The notes under the pieces: generated by a model
What the model was told of the DNA's origin: nothing
The model's input: only the letters and a program-made list of their open reading frames with translations
Database searches by the model: none
Position numbers and translations under genes: made by a program
Source of the DNA: Lama glama
Lineage: Eukaryota
Assembly: GCA_028534125.1 (NCBI GenBank)
Contig: CM052817.1
Coordinates: 56,978,001-57,042,000 of the forward strand
Reading direction: 5' to 3'
DNA: 64,000 nt
Part shown: positions 51,901 to 64,000 of the stretch, one piece after another
Position numbering within the stretch: the stretch's first letter is position 1
How the letters are laid out: each line of letters opens with the position of its first letter

Positions 51901-54900
51901 AACGAGCTTCAAACTGTACTTTTTACAGGAGTCCAGATCAACAAAGACTGCTATCGTGAATGTGTAAAGTAGGTGCAGCAACGTAGAAAGCACAGGAACT
52001 GACCAGTGGTCAAACGACTGCTCTCCGACATGGTAGACTTACAGATGAGTCCACCAGTCTTGTTTCTCTTACCTCTCAACCTGCTTCAGTCAGCCTTGTG
52101 TGTATACATACCCCACAATGTGAGAAAGGTGGACGTAGTGCTCTGCTCCTTTAAAATATGAATACCTATAATAAATGCTCACTACCACATCAATGCCACT
52201 GCTAATGTGCTTCCTGCTGGTGGCCTAAAATTTGGAACATACTGTGCTTACTCTCTGGGCCACCTAGACTTAAATTCACTTCTTAGTGAGACTACATTGG
52301 ATAATGAGTATTTTTTATTCACATTCTTACATCAAAAGGGCCCTCCAGATGGTCTGTTTCTTGTTGGCTCAGCCCAAACACACATGCATAAATCATCAGC
52401 AAATTTGGTAATAGGACACAACATTTGGAATCAAAATGATCCAACTGACACAACCATGCTGTGTTTCCTAGCCATGATTTGATCTCTTAAATCATAGTGA
52501 AACTCATTTCAAAATAAAACATGTCTAAATATGCCATTCCAACCATATTCTAAAACTTAGATTCATGAACACTTTTTTCAATCAAACAAGTATTTTATTA
52601 TTCTGTGTAGAAAGTCCATGTGTTATTGTCATAATGGATAGCTCATGATTCTCACAAGAACTCTAAGTTCTTTTCTTTTAAACTTAAAAATGTTCTTCTT
52701 AATTTATGGGGCTGCTGAAATATTTTAAAAATCTTTTTCAAATGTAGTTTACCTTATTCCATAATTCTTATTACTGTTTTTAGACATGGGTTTCCTTGGA
52801 AACTGGACTTCTAATGGACTTTAGCCACAAATAGGCTAAAAAATTGCCTTTATTCATTTATCATTTCATTGTAATTAAATCTTCTATATGATGTGGCCTG
52901 TTCTCATGTATGGTATCTTGTTTCCATGGTAACTGAGATTTTTCTAACCATAGTTTCAAATGCCTTCACAGTATTTCTTGATTAACTCATGAGCCTGAAA
53001 TTACATTTTGTAAACTTACATGTAGTGGAACTTATAAAGAAAAGCCTGCAAAAAATTATCTTGTTTTCTATTTCTTTGAGATTTGCTTTTGTTTTTATGA
53101 TTCCTTTTCTTGATATGCTGCCCTCCTAGAGCAACATAATTTTGTACAGCTAGGAAAAGCAAATCCATGACTAAATTTAGCAAACCAGATCATTTTTGTG
53201 GTTGGATTGCCATCTACAGTTCTTAAGACCCAGTGGCTGAGAGAAAAGAAGATCAACTATGATACTTCCATAAAATGGAAAAAGCAAAAAAGGATGTGAG
53301 TAGCAATTTTCATTATTTCTTTGCTAATGTTTTTAATAATTTATTGACGTTGCTAATCTATCAATAAAAGAAATATCACACCCACAGTTTTTGCTGTCAA
53401 TACTGGCCTTTGTTTATTCCAAGAATTTTAGAACAATTCAGAAGACCTGTAGTTACTGATCATACTCAGAATATTGGAGTAAAACTGTGAATGTATAAAT
53501 TTCACTGCTGGGTTGACAGTACGATAAAATTAACAAAACTCTTATTCTTGCTATAGAGTAGTAATAAGTAACAATGGACAAACCATATTTAGAACCATTC
53601 GGTTGTTCAATAAATATTTTGTCATCCACCATAGCCAATACTACCTTAACCCAGGCTTCAGCTGGTCTTAAATTCTAATAGCATTCAATTTGACAAGCTC
53701 ATGGCTTTAAAGATTCTCTTAGCCTGGGGTGCTGAAAGAGCTAAGTTCAAGTAATATCTACATGGAAAAGTTATTTCTGAAACCACAGACTGAGATAATC
53801 CAAAACTAATGATATAAAAATGGGTGGACAAGACCCTGTCTAGGATTAGACTGTCCTACTGAGTCTCATTTTATTAATACTATATTAGAACTTCAAGCCA
53901 TAGAAGGATCAGATGCATGTTTTGCATGATTGCCCTTATTCTCTGAATATATGGGTGTAACTAGTATGTGTTTCAGAGTCATTAATAAACTTAGAAATTC
54001 CCTGTGGTTCTAACTGTGGAGCCAGATTGTGAGGAACCAAACTACTTAAGCAAGATAATATTCTTTGGAAAGACCCTTAATCTTTTTAAATTCCAGGTTC
54101 ATAACAGTAAAAAAGGGATAACAGGCTTATAACAATTTACAAAGCTGTCATTATAAATAATGAGATAAAATAGGAAGATGAATTTTATAAACCATAAAAG
54201 TATGACACAAAGATTCAGCATTAATACTGTAAGATTACTGGTGATACATGGGGCAAACAGGGTTTGACTCTGCCTAAGGTTTAACATGGGAAGCTAGGAG
54301 CTCTGCATTGAGGACTGAGGGAAGTTGGAATTCAGGAGTGAATAAGCCTTGGTTCTGGCATCTGTAACCCCACTGCTCCTGCTGTTAGTGTATCTCATTC
54401 TTTGGTGGAGCCCCTGGGAGATGCTTGAATCATTTCTGTGAAGGCCCACTAATGCTGTACAATATACCTCTTTAACTTCGTTCTCTCTTCTGTGTCTGAG
54501 TGGACCTTTAAAGTTTAATGTTGCTGGTGTCAAGAAAAATGAAGATCCGAAGGAAAATTTGGTGAAGTTGGGTTCCTCCCCAGAGACTGAACAATTTAAA
54601 AAGAAAGAAAGAAAGAAAAAGACTACATAAATGAGAAAAATCTCCCTTGATTGGCAAATGGAAAACTATGCTTATCCTTTCATACATATAAGCAATCTTT
54701 CAGAAATCCTTTAAAAAAAATAAAAAAATCTTCTACCTCTCTGTTAATAACCTAATAAGGGACAAGAAGAAATATTCAACCCTGGAGACGCATTCAGCAA
54801 GAACTAGTAACAAAACTCACAACGCTCAGTGGCCATTTTCTACCATAACTTTCAGGGGGAAATCTGAAAGGAGATTTTTTTTTTCAAAGACAAAGCAATT

Positions 54901-55019
54901 CTGCAATGACAAGAAAAAAAAGGAGGGAAAAATAGATAATAAAAAATTAAAACATTCAATTGGTTTCATTTAAAAATAATCATTTCTGTTACCCTTCTGC
55001 AAAACTGTGGATGGGCTTG

Positions 55020-55155
55020 CAGACTGAGAGGGGATAAGGGATCCTTCCAGGGAGAGAAAAATTATCTGTTTTGATCAGGGTGGGAGGGATGTTATAAAAA
55101 TTCGTCCAGGTGTATGTCTAAGATTATATGTTACCTAAGTTACATCTCAATTTTT
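55020..55155 (+). mobile_element. Ancient L1 (L1MC/ME) 3' terminus
   Basis: aagggatccttccaggg...tatctgttttgat...tctaagatt...aagttacatctcaat. Confidence 0.5.
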
Positions 55156-56424
55156 CAAAAATGGAAAAAAATTATTTTCCTATTCAGAAACACAGGATGT
55201 AAAACTGATCATGATGAGTCCATAGTTTATCTCAATGATTTGTTTTAAAAAGTAATGAAATGCCTTACATTTCCAAGGGGAAAAAAAAAGTGCTAGAAAT
55301 CTACAACATAACCTTTGATTTCCCAAAATACAATTGAGAGAATTATTCAATTTATTTGATTAAATCCACACAGAGAAGCTTCATCATTGAGCTGATGTAC
55401 TTGTCTTTCACTATAACAATCAACTGACATATTTAGCTCTTTTTCTTCTCCAAGGATAACTTAAAAAAAAAATGTGTATGAGTGTCTATGTCTACAACTG
55501 GAACCAGAAAGCAATCACAGAGCCCAAAAGTCCTTGACTTTGCAGCGATGACAATGAGGTTTAGGGTAGGAGAGATGGACCTGAGTAGAGAAGTTCAGTA
55601 ACTGATGAACAGAGGTGGGAAATAAAGACAGAAAAAAAAAAAAAAGTCGGGGTGGAGTTTACTAAACAGGAAGCAGGATTTTAAGGAAAATCACTAATCT
55701 TAAATGCTGTTGATGGTACTACAAACATAGGTTAAAGAAAGTTTATGGTCTTTTATGAACATGATTTGACCCTAAAACATTTTGTACTGGCATAAACTAG
55801 ATGAATAATGTTAGACTGCTTTTAATAGCAATAATCCATGCCTTAGACTTTAAAACAAAGAAATAAAAAACACAGCAATGTGTGCTAGAGAGAATATGTG
55901 TAAAGGCAAGCAGATTCCCAGAAAATGTCAGCACCTTGCATGATGAGCTCTGGCAGCCATCTCAGTGTTGACAATATGCTGGAGAGGGTAGGAACATAAA
56001 TCAATCTACATTTGTTCTCACAGGGACTGGGAGCAGGAATTACTGTTTCTGAAACTTAAGCCAATATTGTCATGGCAGTATAAATGATGGAAACTCTGCT
56101 GCTGTAGCTTGCTTCACCCATTGCATGAACCCCCTGGCAAACAGCACCCTGGAATTTCATTAATTAGCGCTAACTATGATTGGCACTGCCAGAGAGAACA
56201 ATAAAACCACCACAGTGTTTTTATGAACATATGGGTGGCAGAGTCTCTAGCTGGGTAACATAAAATTTGTTTCCAACTTATTAAAGCTTATTTATCCTGC
56301 AAATAATTTACCTAATTTTGCCCTTTTTAACCTAATTTATTATAATATTTTATTTTGCAGATTGAATTATTAAAGTAGAAATTGTGATTTTAAGTATAAA
56401 CTTCAAATTATTGAAGAGCGAAGT

Positions 56425-56631
56425 AAATTGTTTACTATGTCTGCAAGTCTGTTTCTGTTTTGTAGATGAGTTCATTAGTGTCCTTTTCTTTCTTTTTTTA
56501 GATTCCACATATGAGTGATTCCATGTGGTATTTTTCTTTCTATTTCTGGCTTACTTCACTTAGAACGACAATCTCTAGGTCCATCCACATTTCTGCAAAT
56601 GGCATTATTTTTTTTCTTTTTTATGGCTAAG
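56425..56631 (-). mobile_element. Internal fragment of young L1 (ORF2 end/3'UTR start)
   Basis: ttagattccacatatgagtgat...ggtatttttctttct...ggcttacttcacttagaa is the reverse complement of ~50540-50750. Confidence 0.88.
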
Positions 56632-58209
56632 TGTTGATAATTGTTTCACTTGATTGACGTTGAATTGACATGTAACAGTTTTTAGCTGGCATTTTGGTGC
56701 TTCCTCTACACCTTTTAACTAAACAAACTACAAGAAGTTTTCCATACAACATCCTTCCAAATAAGTTATTAATATAGGTTCCTTTATAAGTGAAGGGAAA
56801 GAGTCCATCAGATTTGCTCCCATCTGCCATGTTAATCACATTTGGTATTTTGGAATTTTTCTTATTTAATTTTTCTTTCAACTGGGGAAATCATTACAAG
56901 AAAAAGCTACATTTTCCCTCTCTTCATGTCAGTAAGCAAAACAGAGTTTATTGAACCTTTCTGGACAGGGTTCATAAAAGTTTCCTCCCAGACACTTGTC
57001 TATTCTATTTTAGAGAAACAAAAATAAATCATAAATTTCCAGACTTGTTGAATCAGGAGTCTAGAAGTCAGATGGATATCCAAATCATGCCAGCTCTTTA
57101 TATATGTCACTAGAAAGGAAAAAAATATATTAAAATTAGAATCGCTAGAGCCCCTTTCTCTAGTAATTTCATGATTTTTTTGCCTCCAGATATTCCTCTA
57201 TTAGCTGCCACATCAGCTATTTCTATCCTTCTTAATAATAAAAATAAATAAATAAATCCCTTTACTCTTTTAAGCCTCTGAAGGTCACAGCAGCAAGTAA
57301 TATCTTCTGATGAGTCTCTCCCCCCACGTCCCCCTTCCCTTGGGCACACAGATATGTGGGTTTGGGTACTGTATTTGGACAGAGTAAACCTGTGGGAGGA
57401 CATTTCAGTTGGTATTTTAATTTTAGAGGATACAAAAAAAAGAAAGAAAGAAAAGAAAAGAAAACAGCTACTTTTGAGTCACATTTGTTTAAGACACTTC
57501 TCGATTCCACTGCATCAAGGATGCCACATACCCAACAGAATATCCCAGCTTGATCTCTATCTTAATTGAAACCAGGAACTTAAGGGCCTGCATTGGCATT
57601 TATATAGTAATGCCAAACAACCAGTAAAATAATAAATGTTCCAGCCATTGACAGCAATATAGACCCAGATAAGTAACAATGAACCAGGCATTCAGTACAA
57701 GCAATCAGTAGGGAGCTACAAATTCAGAACACATTGTTTTTATTCCACCTTAAAATTGCTTTTAATGAACAATACTTTGTCTTTATAACTCCAGACCACA
57801 TTAAGGGACACTATAAGAACCATCCTACAATATAGTCACTGTGGACATGTTCTGGAAGATATGTCTACTGTCTCACACAGTATCCCTTTATAAGAATTGA
57901 TCACACACGTTTCTCTAGGTCTCAGCTCAGGAAAATTGGGCGCCCAGAAGCAACAGGTTTTGTTTTTCTCATGGACACTGCAAAACTACAGAAAGGTGGT
58001 GCCTGGTTAAGAGAAGTTTATCTATTTAAGATGGGATGGACTTGCTCTAGGTCACATGATGAAGGAAGAACAACTAGATATGGGAGAAAGAAAGGGAGAT
58101 GGGACCAATAACCCATTCCAGGATGGGGCCAGGGCCGGGCGGAGTGTTAAATACTGAAGTTGTTTGTCTACCTTCTCCACTCAGCCTTTCCACTGTTGAG
58201 AGGTAATTT

Positions 58210-58450
58210 AGCACTTAGTTTGGGGCTTGGACTTTGGAGCCAGAACATTTAAGCCATTCCAGATCTATTACTTATTAGATAAATGACATTAGGCAGGTTA
58301 ATTAGCCTCAAGTTCCTCATCTTTCAAATGGAGGAAATAGTAACCTATTTTATAAATTGTTGTTCAAATAAGCCAGTATGTATACAATTGGAATAGCACC
58401 CAGAGCAGAGCAAATACTCAACAGTTTATCATCATCATCGTTATCGTCTT
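58210..58450 (+). mobile_element. MIR SINE
   Basis: ggactttggagccaga...tgacattaggcaggtta...gcctcaagttcctcatctttcaaatggag. Confidence 0.75.
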
Positions 58451-60429
58451 TGCCTCAACTTAATGTTCTCAAGGAATGGGGTTTGGGATTAAATTTAATT
58501 CAGCAAAATTACTAAACATCTATTGGTCCCAAGCACTATAAGAGGGGATGAAAAGACAAAGATAAATCAATACCTGCTCTCAAGGTCCTCAAGGTCTAGT
58601 AAATAAATAATTGCACTGCATATGTTAAGTTAATATCAAAAACAATCATACATACATCCAGGTCTCCAGGTTATAAGGATAGGCAGCAGAAACTGGGATG
58701 AAGAACTCCTGGAAAATGCCTTGTATGTTTCTAGAACACTGAGGTCTCTTCCTAGAGGCTTAAGGAGCCAGACCTGAGGGCAACTCCCTCTCACCACAGC
58801 CTACCCATAGAAAATGATTACTCCTCTCTGCCCCTTGGAAGCTGTGGTATGTGAGATTAGGGAAAAGAGGGGAAACGGAGAGAGAGAGAGGTTGTAACTC
58901 TAAGACCAGGTTGTTTAATTTGCATATGTGGAAAATAAGCCACGTGAATGGTGGTAGCAGAGCTATACATGCAGTAACCATATCTAGGAACAACATATTA
59001 GGGTTCACCAAAAATAAGAACCCTGAACTTCGATGCTATCTCTTCATAGTCCAAATACTAATGAAGGTCAAGTCTGTGGACAGAGGCTCCAAACTTTACA
59101 CTGATTAGAGTCTCTTTTGAAATCTCCTCTATTGTGATCACCAAAGCAACCATACAAAGAAAACACTGCAAAACACCCATTTGGAAAGACAGTACCTTAT
59201 CTTTAAACTGTCTTAATTCCAAAGAGATGTGTAAGTGCGTACAGATGTGCAGTGTGTGCACGAGTAGGAAGGTTTGGTTCAACTAGACTTGATAGTGGGT
59301 ATTGTGAAAGCTGTAATTATGTTAAAGAGTTCTATAATAAATATAAATAGTTTAGAAAGGCTACTTCTAGTCCATTTTTACTAAGTCAAAGCCAATGGAA
59401 TGAAGGCATTGCAGAGTTCAGAGTAGGTCTTACGACGCTTCCTGATCAGCACAGCTTCGAAGGAGGTTGTGTCCCTAGAAAGGGACAGCTCTCTCTTCCC
59501 AACCCTATTTGACCCTACTTTAACCAAATGCATCCATTTCCTCCACTCCAACAACAAAAGAGAGGAGCTCATTTTATTGTGAATAGAGGTATACAATAGT
59601 GGAAAACCATACCAAGTTCTGTATCAGAACCACTTTTTACCAGTTACACCACTGAGTTTTAGAGAACACAAATGAATAAAAAACTGAGGTCTTTTGACAC
59701 TTCTTTTGTTGTTGTTTTGTCATTGGCACTTTCACTCTTAAAACCTTAGCAGCAGAGAGGAATAAAGAATTTCAAATATTTTATTTGACTGTAAAAATAT
59801 GTATATATCCTTCTTTTCTTCTCATATCAATACATATTTCAGGTGTGTGCCTTCTTGAAAAACAAGGTAATCTCAAAGCTTTCAGCTCTCTCAAATAAAG
59901 ATCCAGATTAAAGATCTTAAGGAGGAACTGAAAACTGGTAGTTGAAGTTCTTAAGCATTGAGTCAATTAAGTTAGAGCACAATACTGATGGTATACCAAA
60001 TTTTCCCAGTAACAAAATTCAGGGTTATGCTAGGCTTTCTTACAGTTCGGACGATTTGGTCAAAAAGCCTAGTGGAGCTGAAATTTCCTACAAGGTGAAA
60101 TGCATAAAATCCTCACTCTCAGTTTTGCCACCTAAGGAAATAGTATTAAAAGGTGTGTACCTTTGGACTGGTTACTCTTCTATTATAGCAATAAATTTTT
60201 TCATTTCTCCTGAACCCACCTACTTTTCTGGTTGTAATTTTTAAACCCATGGTTTCCTCTACTATTGCCTTTCTCTGGTCTATTGTGTTTTACTCATCAT
60301 AGCCAAACAAAACAGCCAGACTAAGAATTTTTAGTTACCCAAAGAGTTGTTGTTATAAATTGAACTAGTCATGCAGAAAAAAAAAAGTTCTTTTTCTGCT
60401 TTAGCCACCAGCTGAAGTCTTAAGACATC

Positions 60430-62375
60430 ATGTCATACCACCCTCTTTCCAACCTCATTATCATTTACTGATCCTCCCATTGTTCCCTCCCATTCCTTAA
60501 GGATCATAGTTGTCTTTCTGACTTAACTGACAAGTGTTTTCAACATATATTTTGATGAAACCACCCAACATCTTGGCCCCATTATTTCATGACATCCTTC
60601 ACTGCAAACCCTTACTTCTACTCCAAAATCCATTCCCATTGATTTTCTAATCAATCCTTTCACCGCTACCAATCTTCAGAAACTGTGCTCTTTGATTTCA
60701 TCAGGATCTCTACTGACTTCCTAACTAATATCCTCAAGCTGGCCAGTATCTTCTCTTCACATTATTCCCTATCATTCTTGGGCCCAAGGGCAACAACTTT
60801 TAAGTAAATACTCAGCATTACCTTAATTCCTTCATCCCCTTCTCCTAGATCCTTCTGCTGATCCACAATCATTAATTTACTTACTGCCTCTGCCCCTGTT
60901 AGCCAGAGCCACATATGGTTTTGCAGCATGCACCCTGCACAAGACTGCTCAGGCAAGGAGGTAAAAAAAGTGCTGCTTGCCAAGCTCTAAGCACTGCCTT
61001 CAACTGGAGGGAGGGGCTCATTTGTCTACTGCACACAAAGGTCACTTTCATTCCCGAAGCCCTCTTTCTCTTTCATAGACATGAACAGTATAAGCTAGCC
61101 ATGGCCCACTGGGTAGCTAAGCACAGTTGGTAAAACACAGAAAGAAGCTTTTATTCAATATGATTTGTTTAAAATATCTGTCATTATTGACTACTCTCTG
61201 TTTCTTGAAACTCGTTTCTATATTACTCTCCAAAATATTAATTTATCCTTGTTCTCCTATTGCCTTTCATTCTTCTCTTAAATCTCCTTCCCTGGCTCCT
61301 CTTCCTTAGACATTGCCCAGCAAATATTAGATGTTCATCGGCGTGCCTCCCTAATGTACTTCTGTTTCTTCCCTATACCTTCTCTCTGGGTGGTTTCATT
61401 ACCTCTCACTGTCTCAACTGTCCATTATTTAAGTGGCATCCAAATCTATTTCTTCACTTCTGATTTCCCCTGGATTCTAAATTCACCTTTCAATTACCTA
61501 CAAACATTTTCACATAATCATCCAGTAAGCATCAAAAATTCATCATGTCCAAAACTGAAATCAACATTCCCCTAAATCCCTGTTTCCCTCCATGTATGTT
61601 CCGAACCTTTGTGAATGATATGTCTACCCCAAACCCCCAAGATAGAAACCTGAAGGTCATTTTGGACTCATCTCTTTAATTCACTTTCCACATCCAGCCA
61701 ATTACCAAGCCCAACTGATTATCCTATTAAAATACTGTTCAAATCCATCTCCTCTTCCTACTTTACTATGCCTACATATTTTCTGATCTAGGCTATAACA
61801 ATAGCTTCTTAATCCATTTCCCTTTCTCCAGGTTTCTTCGTCCCAGATGTACCCTTTACTCTGCAGAGATTGAACATAGCACTGCCCTGCTCTAAAAACC
61901 TTTGAGTGTTTAATGAAATCCAAAACCCAACAGCATGACTGACTTACAAGCACCCTTTATGATATAATTGCAACTTGCCTTCCAACTATATATCACTAGC
62001 CCCTTCTACTCATGTACTCTACGCTAGCCATATTGACCTATTTAATTTTCCCTGAACACACCATGAACGTTCACAACATACAGTTCCTACTTATCTGGTC
62101 CCTCTCTTGGAACGCCTATCACTTCTTTTCTCTTTAACAAACAGAATCACATTCATTCTTAATTGTCCAGTTCTAATGTCCTCTTCTCTAAAGAGTTTTC
62201 CCTACTGGCCTTCCTACAGCTAAAAATTAACTGCCCCATCCTCTTTTCTTCTATAACACTCAGGGTTTTTTTCAGCACTTACTGTCTTAGTTATAAACTG
62301 CATGCTCCATAAGATGTGAGACTATGAATTATTCAGGGCTTCAGAATCAATTCTACCTGGTCTGTACTGAACAAA
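60430..62375 (+). mobile_element. Long L2 remnant
   Basis: Pyrimidine-rich colinear L2 motifs (catgtccaaaactgaa; agaaacctga..gtcat; ctaggctataacaatagcttcttaat; ctccataagatg). Confidence 0.7.
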
Positions 62376-64000
62376 TTAGCCATTTTCACCTGCATTCTGT
62401 GGTTTTCAGAATCCATGTAAGTTGTGTGTTATTGTGTGTGTTTGTTTGTGTAACTGTTAATTTAATGAGGGGGGACTGTTTCAGTGGAAGGAAAAGAAAT
62501 TTTTATTCACCTTAATTGTTAACTTTGATTTTTAACTTTTATTTTTATGAATGTTGCACAGACTGGCTCAGATCTCTGGGCTATAGAAAGAATGGGGAAA
62601 ATACAATTGACACTATATGAGAAGGCTCAGTGTAGAACAGGACCCTGTAGTTCCAGTATCAATCACCTGAGGTGAAAGTGGGAGCCCCCATCTCAGCAGG
62701 CAGAAAACAAACTCTTTCAAACTCAGTGTTTTTCATTCCAAAGGCCCTTTTTCCCACTTAGATCAATCTCTTCTGGCTTTTTAGACACCTTTCTAAATCA
62801 AACTCTTCTAGCCATGCATTGGGTCAGATCATGTTTCTTATGTAGAATGCATCCCAGTCCCACAGAGCTGATCTCCTGACTGCAGAGGAGGACACCTAAA
62901 TGTACCTTTGTTTATATTGTGTCCACTTCCTCTTCCTTCCAGCTTCACAATGTAACATTATGGCTGTCATTTCATCTTTTTACATTCCATACCTATGACT
63001 CTGCTCCTCCATTCCTGCACCTTTAACAGTTAATATGCATTAGTTAAGAAAAAGAGTTACAGCACAGTAAAGTCCTGAGAGCAACACATCAGCCATCTAA
63101 GAAGAGACACCAGCTTGCTGGCTTTGTGAATATCAGTGATTTTTTTTTTCAGTTAAGACTGGATATAAAATGATCATCCGACCCCAGGAACGTGACAGCA
63201 GGCTCCTGCTTTCCAACGAAAAGCTTTGATTCCCTCCAGGTCAGGGTCTCCTTCTTGAAAGCGCAAGGAATCAGAGGTCACCTGGGGGGGTAACCATAGT
63301 TAGCTAGAAAGGCTACAATCATTTTTGTGTCAAACAGATAATTACACTCTTCTCTCCCAGAGGAATTTTCACTACAGAGAGCTATCTGTCAAAAGATACT
63401 CAACATTTTTCAAGCAGAATTTCTAAAGGTATTTCTTTTTATTTCAGGTGAGCTTTGGGTTGAGAGTAAACTATACCGATTCTCAGGCCCTCCTACAAAG
63501 AGTGAACTCCCACTCCTGACTTCAATCAGGGAGCCAGAGCTATAGAGGTCCCTACAACCTCACTCTTCCCTACAGCCAAATAAATTGCTAGCTTTGTCAT
63601 GCTATGGCATTCCCCAGATTTATGCAAATGAGGGGGCCCTATTTTCACAATGTTAATTCAATCTTTTCAGAAATCATATCTCTGAGCTCATAATTTTGTG
63701 TTATGACTATGTTGCATACAGATGAGAGCTGTGTTTTGCTTCTTGTCATTCCTGAAAATATTCGGCATTTCTTCAACAAACAGAAACATTACCAAATTAC
63801 ACTGCAGCTACCCTGTTTAGCTACACAAGCTGTTTTGTTCACTCAAAAAAAGAATGCATAGAAATTTTGTTTTAAATCGTATTCCTTGGTCCTTAGGTGG
63901 TTGATTTTGGAAAGAATAACTCAACATGCTAAATTCTGCGACTGCACTTATTCTTTGTTGGAGAGAAAACACCACTTTGTGCCTATATTTCATTAAACTT

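Noticed and set aside
58121-58145. G-rich GC-box / G-quadruplex-like patch
   Set aside because: Only three GGG tracts and no CpG island, so there is no support for a promoter.
59434-59474. 41-nt minus-strand exon-like segment with several CpGs
   Set aside because: Weak polypyrimidine tract, unrecognised peptides, and no compatible phase with the other candidates.
542-62515. Short ORFs in the supplied six-frame track
   Set aside because: They are of random-expectation length, often with non-ATG starts or low complexity, and many lie inside decayed repeats. None resembles a protein I recognise.
1-64000. CRISPR array, operon or other prokaryote-style system
   Set aside because: The sequence is mammalian, with no regularly spaced repeats and no gene-dense ORF structure.

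Overview
AT-rich mammalian genomic DNA, most likely camelid (alpaca/camel), judged from tRNA-derived Vic-1-like SINEs and lineage-specific L1 ends. It reads as a long intron or intergenic region with two assembly gaps (11025-11164 and 35150-35649). No protein-coding gene is confidently recognisable, and the supplied ORFs look spurious or repeat-derived. Much of the window is interspersed repeat: ancient MIR, L2, L1M and HAL1; MaLR, ERVL and ERV1 LTRs; hAT MITEs (MER20, MER58, MER45); young L1s and SINEs with TSDs. The best observations are a tailless U6 retrocopy, a 28-bp locally templated insertion with a 9-bp flanking duplication, a gap-collapsed apparently full-length L1 with a possible 3' transduction, three-layer TE nesting, enhancer-like motif clusters and weak minus-strand exon candidates. 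I found no convincing novel biological system. Repeat family names come from remembered consensus sequences, and boundaries of old repeats are approximate.
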